NCBI RefSeq assembly: GCF_000021865.1
Contig: NC_014034.1
Location: 1,410,001-1,442,000, forward strand
DNA from: Rhodobacter capsulatus SB 1003
GTDB taxonomy: Bacteria; Pseudomonadota; Alphaproteobacteria; Rhodobacterales; Rhodobacteraceae
Direction of reading: 5' to 3'
Length of the DNA stretch: 32,000 nucleotides
A program made the translations under genes and the position numbers. Below the pieces are notes generated by a model. That model made no database searches and had not been told where the DNA came from. It saw only the letters and a list, made by a program, of their open reading frames with translations. Positions 18,362 through 24,909 of the stretch are shown one piece after another; positions within the stretch are counted from its first letter, which is position 1, and the number at the start of each line of letters is the position of its first letter.

Positions 18362-18777
18362 TCGGCAACGTGATGACGTCGTCCGCACCTTCTGAACTGT
18401 CTCGGATGCCCCTGGCACATGACACCATCAGCGCGATCCTGGACTGTGTGCCACTGCTGGCAGGACCGCAGCACTAACGTGACGGGCGATTTGGCGCCGT
18501 TGATGTTGCAGTTGCCGCATCTTGTGATAGCGTCCCGTGGTCGTCTCTCCCGGAGCGGCTGCAACGCGCAGTTTTCAGCCATGCAGATCCCCAGCGCCGT
18601 GCGGCGCGGATCCGAATGTTCGGCCCTTTGCCGGCGGCAGAGCCTCGGCGCGCCCTTTCGAAACGGCCGTTCAGGCACGGCGGAGAGACGGGGCAAGCTT
18701 AGCCGTTTGCCGTCTGTATTGCGCGATGCAGCATCGCCTGAGCTCTCTCGGATGACCAACAGAGCTTACATATAAGC

Positions 18778-18796
18778 ATATCATCCGATATGATAT
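18778..18796. promoter_or_regulatory. Inverted repeat ATATCAT-CCGAT-ATGATAT upstream of the ATPase gene; candidate operator or promoter element
   Basis: Read directly. It lies exactly at the GC-rich to AT-rich transition, about 20-35 nt upstream of the candidate starts at 18818 and 18833. Confidence 0.25.
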
Positions 18797-18817
18797 CCGG
18801 AATCCAACGCTGTTTTC

Positions 18818-20554
18818 TTGCTGGGGCTCCAAGTGAAAATCAAATATCGGATAAATAACTTTAAGGCTTTTTCGGACAGTGGGGAGATGTCATTCTCTCC
18901 CGTGACTGTGCTCTGTGGGGCTAACAGCACAGGAAAGAGCTCTATAATAAAGTCTATTCTTCTTGCAAAGCAAAGCACAGCCGAGCGAAGAAGCTCACTC
19001 AAGATTGATGCTCCGTCTCAACCACTGATACTAAATGGTGAGTTGACCAAGCTCGGCGCATGGAGCGATACGATTACCGGTAAAGATCGCGCGAAATCAA
19101 TGGGCTTCTGTTGGTCTGTAAAGCTATCTCAAGAAGAGTTCGATGATGCATTAAAGCGAGCTGGTTTGCTGAGGCGAGGTGAAGCCAGTTCAGAGTTAGA
19201 TTTGGCGAACCAAAGAGATTTAACTCTCTCAGTTTCTTTAAGCTCAGACACCGAAGTCCGAGAGGAACTCTCAGCGCGAGTTGATCGGTGGGATGTTAAT
19301 CTTGACGATCTGAACGTACGAGTGTTTAGGCAGGAGGTCGCAAACGGCTCTCGACCTTTGTATCGTGTCGAAATTAATAGTATAAGAAAATTAATAAGGA
19401 GGAAAGGGTCCAAATTTGGATCATATCGCGTTATACTCGGCGACCTGCACAAGGCACTTTCTGGCGCTGATACCCCGATAAGCCTTGGGAATGTGTACGC
19501 CGTCAACTCTGGCCCCTTTATTGGTAGAATTGAGCCTCGATTCGATGAGACTTGGACTAATTTTTTTGAAGCAATTTACAAATTGTCCGTATCGCACAGA
19601 GGACGAAAACGCGGACCGGCACCTGGATGGCTAGAAGATCTCGGGGCAGCGGTACGAACCTACAGGAAAGGTCTTTCTGAAGGAAAGATGCCAACCGCGC
19701 GCAATACCGCCATGCGAGTTCTTACCTATCTCGCGATTGAATTCGTTAGTGAGATATCGCTTGTTTTCTCCGAGACAAAAGCAGTCCTCGCTCCTATGTG
19801 GCAAGACATCCGCTATCTAGGCCCATTAAGAGATCAGCCCAGGCGATACTACCAATTTGATGATACTGGTGGAGCTGATGTAGGTGTCAGTGGAGAATTT
19901 ACTGTGCAGGTCCTCGCGCTAGAGCAAGGAAGGGTCCTTCAATCAACTCGACTAGCCAGTCTGCCTTCGAATAGAATTAAATTCACCGATCGAAAATTAA
20001 CCACCCTTTTGGACCATACAAATTTTTGGTTGAGTTGGATGGGGCTTCCCGCAGTTTCGCCTCTCAATTTGCAGCAATCCCTATATGGCCTTGCCGTGGG
20101 GGATCTTCGGGTTGGTCTTCTGGATGTGGGATTTGGCGTGAGCCAAGTTTTGCCAATTATAGTTGAGACACTCAGGGCCGAGAAAGGCGATCTCGTAATT
20201 CTTGAGCAACCAGAGATCCACTTGCACCCGAGAGTGCAGGCACTTCTTGGAGATTTTCTTCTTGCTAGGTCTCAGGATGGTGTTCGCTTTCTTGTCGAGA
20301 GTCACAGTGAATACCTAATAAAGAGACTTTGCCGCAGAGTATCTGAATCGGAATCTGAAAATTTGCGACCAAGTATTGAGATTCTTTTTATAGAAGGATC
20401 ACCCGAAGGCGCAAGCTGCAGGCCCGTAGAACTGAATGACTATGGTGAAATACTAAATTGGCCTAAGGGCTTCTTCGATTTGGATGAGGATCTTCATTGG
20501 ACACATGCTGCCCTCGAGAGAAGACGAGCAAGCAACGCCAAGAAGCAGAAGTAG
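18818..20554 (+). CDS. ABC/SMC-like AAA ATPase (AAA_15/AAA_21-type) with DUF3696-like C-terminus
   Basis: The track start at 18818 is TTG. The in-frame GTG at 18833 (VKIKYRINNFKAFSD) is an equally plausible start. Motifs: Walker A VLCGANSTGKSS, YLGPLRDQPRRYY, DVGFGVSQVLPII, Walker B-like DLVILEQPEIHLHP, H-loop-like ESHSEYL, and C-terminal NWPKGFFD. Confidence 0.85.
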   Translation: MLGLQVKIKYRINNFKAFSDSGEMSFSPVTVLCGANSTGKSSIIKSILLAKQSTAERRSSLKIDAPSQPLILNGELTKLGAWSDTITGKDRAKSMGFCWSVKLSQEEFDDALKRAGLLRRGEASSELDLANQRDLTLSVSLSSDTEVREELSARVDRWDVNLDDLNVRVFRQEVANGSRPLYRVEINSIRKLIRRKGSKFGSYRVILGDLHKALSGADTPISLGNVYAVNSGPFIGRIEPRFDETWTNFFEAIYKLSVSHRGRKRGPAPGWLEDLGAAVRTYRKGLSEGKMPTARNTAMRVLTYLAIEFVSEISLVFSETKAVLAPMWQDIRYLGPLRDQPRRYYQFDDTGGADVGVSGEFTVQVLALEQGRVLQSTRLASLPSNRIKFTDRKLTTLLDHTNFWLSWMGLPAVSPLNLQQSLYGLAVGDLRVGLLDVGFGVSQVLPIIVETLRAEKGDLVILEQPEIHLHPRVQALLGDFLLARSQDGVRFLVESHSEYLIKRLCRRVSESESENLRPSIEILFIEGSPEGASCRPVELNDYGEILNWPKGFFDLDEDLHWTHAALERRRASNAKKQK

Positions 20555-20562
20555 ATAAATAG

Positions 20563-21498
20563 ATGAGTGTCTTTCTAGATCCCAACATCTACTGCTACTC
20601 CATTGATGAGTGGCAGCAGGGCGCTGCTCTTGATCGTATGCATCATTTGACAACTTTCCTTGAAAGTCTTGGTATTGAAGAGGAGCGATTAGAAGCCAGA
20701 AATCAGGTAGAATTGTGGCTTAGCGAAATCTTGATTTTCGCGACGTATGAAATGAATCCAAATATTAACACTCCACCAAATGGGTTTTACTTTCGGCAGT
20801 ATGTATCCGGGCTACTCCCTGCCTTGATGCGCAGGAAAATTACTTTCGAAGCGCCCGCGGTCGACGCCTGCAGGGCATCTGAGCGGATAAATATAGATAA
20901 TTGCGTCATTGAAGAGGCATTAATATGCGCCCTAGATGAAATTTCAACCGATGACGCCAAAAAAATTACTTATATTTTCGCCTCATCACGTGTTAGCTTA
21001 GCTCTCGGAGGAGGGGTATTCTCTGCAGAATTTGAGATTAATGAGGTGAATGGAAGGCACTTTCTGGATGAGTGTGATCTATTTCCTTTGTCGAGCAAAG
21101 TATCCCCAGATATTGCGATCGTCGCAGCTGCTGAAGTTCTGAAAGATAAACTTTCGATTGAGGATGCAACTTGGAGAGAACATTCAGTTTGCAAGGCTAT
21201 TCTTCACGAAAATTTTCTTCCGTCCATCACGCGTGCTGATTTTGGCGCTGATGAGCGTATATATCATTCCCGGGTTGTTTATTCACTGCTGCAGATTTTG
21301 TCTGGTCGAAACTGCACCATAAATGAGCATTCAATGAATCCTGAGAAAATTTGGTTTGACAAGAAATGGCATGGAAAGTGGAATTCATATGTGTTCAGAA
21401 ACGGTCCGAGTGATATTGATTCGAGGTGTTCACGGATTTACTATGCTAAAGTAGATGGCGGAGTTCTTCTCTATGAATACAATGGCGATGCACACTAG
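20563..21498 (+). CDS. 311-aa protein with no family I recognise, partner of the ATPase; the C-terminal ~60 aa show a RelE/YoeB-like pattern (tentative)
   Basis: The ATG lies 8 nt after the ATPase stop, on the same strand and with the same AT-rich composition. I see no HNH, TOPRIM, DUF4435 or DUF262 motifs. The C-terminus KWHGKWNSYVFRN...SRIYYAKVDGGVLLYEYNGDAH resembles the GxWSRRI...HRLVYAV.DD.LLI..CRYHY layout of YoeB/RelE toxins. Confidence 0.7.
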   Translation: MSVFLDPNIYCYSIDEWQQGAALDRMHHLTTFLESLGIEEERLEARNQVELWLSEILIFATYEMNPNINTPPNGFYFRQYVSGLLPALMRRKITFEAPAVDACRASERINIDNCVIEEALICALDEISTDDAKKITYIFASSRVSLALGGGVFSAEFEINEVNGRHFLDECDLFPLSSKVSPDIAIVAAAEVLKDKLSIEDATWREHSVCKAILHENFLPSITRADFGADERIYHSRVVYSLLQILSGRNCTINEHSMNPEKIWFDKKWHGKWNSYVFRNGPSDIDSRCSRIYYAKVDGGVLLYEYNGDAH

Positions 21499-21603
21499 CC
21501 CTATGGTCTGCGTAGTGTAAACAGATTGGAAGGGCGCTGAAATAGTCGGCGTCGACCTCAGAAGCAGAACATAATTCACCCTTCGCGGCGCCGAGAGGGA
21601 GAT

Positions 21604-21900
21604 CATGATGCGAGGCACGGACGAGACGAGCGGGTCGCTTTTCAGCCATGTCGACCTCGAGGAGGCGCATCCCTTGCAAACATCCTCTGCACAAGATCCT
21701 GCGGGTGGTGAACGAAGCCCTCACGATCCGCGCTGCTCGTTGCTGGGGCTCTGAAACGGGAGAAAACTGCGCGTTTCTTTCGCTCGGATGAAGATCCCGA
21801 ACGGCCGTGATCGCCAGTTTCTGCAGTTGCAATGCCGTGACCTCGCAGTCGGCTCCCCGCCCGAAGCGGTAATGCGGGGGCACGGCGAGCAAGTCCGACG
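21604..21900 (+). pseudogene. Decayed N-terminal relic of an IS5-superfamily transposase
   Basis: ATGATG at 21604 gives MMRGTDETSGSLFSHVDLEE..HPL. After a frameshift it continues KILRVVNEAL. This matches the conserved N-terminus (MRGTDETSGSLFSYVDLEERIPARHPLRKIRQVVNEAL...) of a common alphaproteobacterial IS5-type transposase as I recall it from memory. Downstream frames carry stops and only faint similarity, and the right limit is uncertain. Confidence 0.5.
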
Positions 21901-21970
21901 GGCTTGGTCAGCACCTCAGTCGCTGCCGGCCCTCGGGGTCCATGCGGGAATAGATGGTGACCGTGATCGA

Positions 21971-22210
21971 TCAGCTGTCATCCTTGCGGACTTTGTTCGG
22001 AGGAAACTCCACATACCGCCGCTTGCCAGGCTGGCTTTTGACAGGAAATCCGACCCGGAACGGCCCATTCTGTCCACTGAGCGCCCGTGCGAAATGCGCA
22101 TTCTCTTTCTGCAGATCCGCGGCTGATATCTCGCCTCTGGCAAGGCGGTCTTCATCTCGCGCCCGCGCCTCGGCTTTTTGCCGTGCGCGGTCCTCAAATA
22201 AAAAGGCCAT
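21971..22210 (-). CDS. Small hypothetical protein (79 aa), last gene of the minus-strand AAA cluster
   Basis: Track ORF 21971..22234. The in-frame ATG at 22210 has GGAGG 5 nt upstream (MAFLFEDRARQKAEARARDEDRLARGEISAADLQKENAHF...). It lies about 50 nt downstream of the AAA ATPase stop on the same strand. Confidence 0.5.
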   Translation of the reverse strand: MAFLFEDRARQKAEARARDEDRLARGEISAADLQKENAHFARALSGQNGPFRVGFPVKSQPGKRRYVEFPPNKVRKDDS

Positions 22211-22261
22211 GCCGTCCTCCACTGGGTTTATCATAATCTTTGCAATGCGTTGAAGCGCCCG

Positions 22262-22990
22262 TCAGTGCCACTGCGGCCCCGCCTCAAGCGTCTCTGCACG
22301 CGAAATCATCCGCATCACCGTGCGGAGCGAGATCGGCTGGGCAGGAGTTGCGCTCGCTTGGATCGCTTCCACGATCACCTCGATGCTGTCATCGCTCAAA
22401 GCACGCCGCGCGCCTTGGCGGCGGGCAAATCCGGTCAGGTCCCGCGTTGTCAGCTGCGGCAGCCGGATGGGCGGGCAGCGGCTCAGCAGCGGCTCCGGAA
22501 GGGGGCGCGTCGCGTTGACGGTCATGACCCATGACACCTGTCCCAAGTCAAATGGCACTTGAAAATACGGGCAAGTCCAACGGCTTGCGGTTGCGGACTC
22601 CAACAGTGGCAACAGTCCGCCGCACAGATCATAGGACCCGCCATTCGTCCCTGTCACACGACCGGCCTTTTCGAGTTCATCGATCACGACGATCGGGTTG
22701 CCAACCCTCTCCTGAAGGATCAGCTGTAGCAGCCGCCCGGGTCCTGCGGTGGCCCAGCCGCGCTGGCAGCCCAGAACGCCGAAACTGGCGTTCTCAACCG
22801 TCGCTTCGACTGACATCGATGGCATGCGCAGCGCGGTAGCCAGATGACGTGCCCAAGTCGATTTCGCGATCCCCGGGGGCCCATCGAGCAGCAGCGGCGG
22901 CAGGCGAACGCCCGGCCAACCCTCGCGCACCGATTTCCGCAACGCGTGCCATCCATGGGAATTCGTCATGTAGGTCAGCGGCGATCTCAT
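22262..22990 (-). CDS. AAA+ ATPase with a Lon-type AAA module and no protease domain; probably the C-terminal part of a frameshifted gene
   Basis: Walker A is LLLDGPPGIAKST and Walker B is PIVVIDELEKAG. Later segments (LLPLLE...WTCPYF...DLGQVSWVMTVNATRPLPEPLLSRC) follow the Lon AAA+ layout. It overlaps the upstream ORF by 197 nt in a different frame. Confidence 0.7.
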   Translation of the reverse strand: MRSPLTYMTNSHGWHALRKSVREGWPGVRLPPLLLDGPPGIAKSTWARHLATALRMPSMSVEATVENASFGVLGCQRGWATAGPGRLLQLILQERVGNPIVVIDELEKAGRVTGTNGGSYDLCGGLLPLLESATASRWTCPYFQVPFDLGQVSWVMTVNATRPLPEPLLSRCPPIRLPQLTTRDLTGFARRQGARRALSDDSIEVIVEAIQASATPAQPISLRTVMRMISRAETLEAGPQWH

Positions 22991-23363
22991 CCGCGCGGTG
23001 CTCCGAGGGAAGCCGGATCAGATTGACACCGTCACGCAGAATGGAAAGACGCTCTTTGTCCTCACGCTTGAGATGGGCCAGCCCCGACGCCGCCTCGCGG
23101 CGCTCGATCAACCGCTTGGCCCGCCGCGCGATCTTGCGGCAATCCGCCTCCGCCAATGTGATGATCGGGGCCATTTGCCGGGGATTGTCCGCGGCGGCCT
23201 TGGGGCCCGTGGGGCGGGGCGGATCCTCGTCCCGGATTGCGTCCAACTCGACGTGGATCATCGCCCGCCGAAGGGTCTTGAGGTGCTCGGACAGGCGCAG
23301 TTCGATCGATTTCTGGGTCTCGTCCGACGGATATTTGACCAGCAATATCTGGTGACGCGGCAT
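22794..23363 (-). CDS. Hypothetical protein, probably the N-terminal part of the AAA+ ATPase gene
   Basis: ATG 23363 has AGGA about 7 nt upstream. Plausible protein text runs to about ...LIRLPSEHRADEIAADLHDEFPWM (near 22,950). After that this frame turns Ala/Arg/Gly-rich, while the other frame reads WHALRKSVREGWPGVRLPPLLLDGPPG. Confidence 0.5.
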   Translation of the reverse strand: MPRHQILLVKYPSDETQKSIELRLSEHLKTLRRAMIHVELDAIRDEDPPRPTGPKAAADNPRQMAPIITLAEADCRKIARRAKRLIERREAASGLAHLKREDKERLSILRDGVNLIRLPSEHRADEIAADLHDEFPWMARVAEIGARGLAGRSPAAAAARWAPGDREIDLGTSSGYRAAHAIDVSRSDG

Positions 23364-23439
23364 GGGATTTCCTTTTCAGGCAAAGCCTTACCGGGGGCCG
23401 GAAAAATCCCGACCCGCCGTGAAGGGCATTTTGGAGGGC

Positions 23440-23790
23440 TCAGGCGATGACCGGTTTGCGCGGGGCGTTGACCGCGATGCCGCGCCAATCGATCCCGGCA
23501 AAGAGGGCGTCGAACTGCACCTGGTTCAGCATCATCGGCCCGGACTGGGCCTTGGGCCAGACGAAGCGCTTGCCATCGAGCCGCTTCATCGTCAGCACCA
23601 GCCCGGTGCCATCCCAGACGATCATCTTCAGCTTGTCGGCGCGACGGGACCGGAACACCCAGATCGCGCCGTCGAACGGGTCGAGCTGGAACTGGCTCGC
23701 GACATGCGCCACCAGCCCGTCCATTCCCTTGCGAAAATCGATCGGCTCGGTGGCGAGGTAGATGCGGTAGCTTGGGGTGTGGTAGCTCAT
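23440..23790 (-). CDS. tnpB: IS66-family accessory protein TnpB (IS66 Orf2-like)
   Basis: 116 aa: RIYLATEPIDFRKGMDGLVAHVASQFQLDPFDGAIWVFRSRRADKLKMIVWDGTGLVLTMKRLDGKRFVWP. This is the characteristic IS66 Orf2 sequence. Its ATG overlaps the tnpA stop (ATGA). Confidence 0.92.
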   Translation of the reverse strand: MSYHTPSYRIYLATEPIDFRKGMDGLVAHVASQFQLDPFDGAIWVFRSRRADKLKMIVWDGTGLVLTMKRLDGKRFVWPKAQSGPMMLNQVQFDALFAGIDWRGIAVNAPRKPVIA

Positions 23791-24221
23791 TGCGAGGCCC
23801 TCACCGCACGCAGGATCTCGGCCAGCTGCTCGGCCGGAAAGTCACCACGCAGCGATATCTCGGCGTCGCCGATCCGGATCTGACAGGCGGCCGCGTCAGC
23901 GGCGCCTTTCTGCTTCGCTTGGCGCGCCGGTTCCGAAGGGACCATCACCTCGACGAACTGCGGAGACTTGCCCTGCGAAGCAGCCTTTCCCTGCGGCCTC
24001 CCCCGGCGCGGCAGCTCGGGCAATTCGGCGCGCGCCCATTTCGCGACTAGGGACTCATTGGCGCCGATCTCCTTGGCGACGGTGACGATCTTGGTGCCGG
24101 CCTCGATCTTCTTCACCGCCATCGCCTTGATCTCATCGGGCCAGACTCGACGCCCGTTGTCGGCGGTGATCACCGGGATTCCCCAGACCACCACATCGCC
24201 GCCCTCCTTCTCGTCCAACAT
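23787..24221 (-). CDS. tnpA: IS66-family accessory protein TnpA (HTH)
   Basis: 144 aa, with GGAGG upstream of ATG 24221. It contains RRVWPDEIKAMAVKKIEAGTKIVTVAKEIGANESLVAKWAR (HTH) and the C-terminus IRIGDAEISLRGDFPAEQLAEILRAVRA, typical of IS66 orf1. It starts 81 nt inside the IS end at 24302. Confidence 0.88.
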   Translation of the reverse strand: MLDEKEGGDVVVWGIPVITADNGRRVWPDEIKAMAVKKIEAGTKIVTVAKEIGANESLVAKWARAELPELPRRGRPQGKAASQGKSPQFVEVMVPSEPARQAKQKGAADAAACQIRIGDAEISLRGDFPAEQLAEILRAVRASQ

Positions 24222-24282
24222 CTCGACCTCCTTCGAACAGAGAGAGGGCGATCATCGCAAAACCCTTATTTCATTGGAACAT

Positions 24283-24302
24283 GGGGTATATGCACCGCTT
24301 AC
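24283..24302. repeat. IS66 terminal inverted repeat (reverse complement reads GTAAGCGGTGCATATACCCC)
   Basis: It has the canonical GTAAGCG start of IS66-family ends. It matches the IR at 8177..8196 at 15 of 20 positions, in inverted orientation. It abuts the 3' 13 nt of a CRISPR repeat. Confidence 0.7.
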
Positions 24303-24909
24303 CGTGGATCGAAACAGGCTGCTTTGGGCGGAACACCTGATCCTGCTGGGTCGCTCCCCCCGCGGGGGCGTGGATCGAAACGTCTCCGCTCTGCTTCACG
24401 GCTGCGTCAACCTTGTCGCTCCCCCCGCGGGGGCGTGGATCGAAACACGGATTGCATGGCGCCGAGGGACAGGCTTTGCAGTCGCTCCCCCCGCGGGGGC
24501 GTGGATCGAAACCGCCCGCGGCGTTTGACCTGGTCGCGGGCAGCTGGTCGCTCCCCCCGCGGGGGCGTGGATCGAAACGACGCGCTGAAGGAGGGTGATC
24601 TCGGTGGCGCCTTGTCGCTCCCCCCGCGGGGGCGTGGATCGAAACACGGATTGCATGGCGCCGAGGGACAGGCTTTGCAGTCGCTCCCCCCGCGGGGGCG
24701 TGGATCGAAACCGCCCGCGGCGTTTGACCTGGTCGCGGGCAGCTGGTCGCTCCCCCCGCGGGGGCGTGGATCGAAACGACGCGCTGAAGGAGGGTGATCT
24801 CGGTGGCGCCTTGTCGCTCCCCCCGCGGGGGCGTGGATCGAAACATGGAAAACCGCGGCTTCACCGCGCGGGATTGGGTCGCTCCCCCCGCGGGGGCGTG
24901 GATCGAAAC
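24303..24909 (+). CRISPR. Type I-C-like CRISPR array: 13-nt repeat remnant plus 9 full 32-nt repeats, 9 spacers (6 unique sequences); no cas genes in the window
   Basis: The repeat is GTCGCTCCCCCCGCGGGGGCGTGGATCGAAAC. Full copies start at 24350, 24415, 24481, 24547, 24614, 24680, 24746, 24813 and 24878. Spacers are 33-35 nt. The remnant CGTGGATCGAAAC lies at 24303..24315, followed by a 34-nt spacer. The GTCGC...GGAT(T/C)GAAAC form is typical of subtype I-C repeats, which sets the orientation as +. Confidence 0.95.

Larger units (their letters stand above)
23440..24302 (-). mobile_element. 5' part of an IS66 element (IRL-tnpA-tnpB) lacking an adjacent tnpC
   Basis: The IR, tnpA and tnpB sit in canonical order and spacing. 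Downstream of the tnpB stop, where tnpC would be expected, lies the unrelated AAA+ ATPase cluster. Confidence 0.75.

Noticed and set aside
18362-18780. ORFs 18419..18775 (+) and 18055..18759 (-) in the GC-rich spacer between the hsd-linked gene and the ATPase cassette
   Set aside because: They have Arg/Cys/Ser-rich composition, no RBS or motif support, and overlap each other or the upstream gene. The spacer may still be a remnant of something, but I cannot support a gene call.
23371-23400. GCCTTAC / GGGATTTTT motifs just downstream of tnpB that vaguely resemble IS66 end sequences
   Set aside because: The matches are short and low-complexity, their orientation is inconsistent with a right end, and nothing corroborates them.
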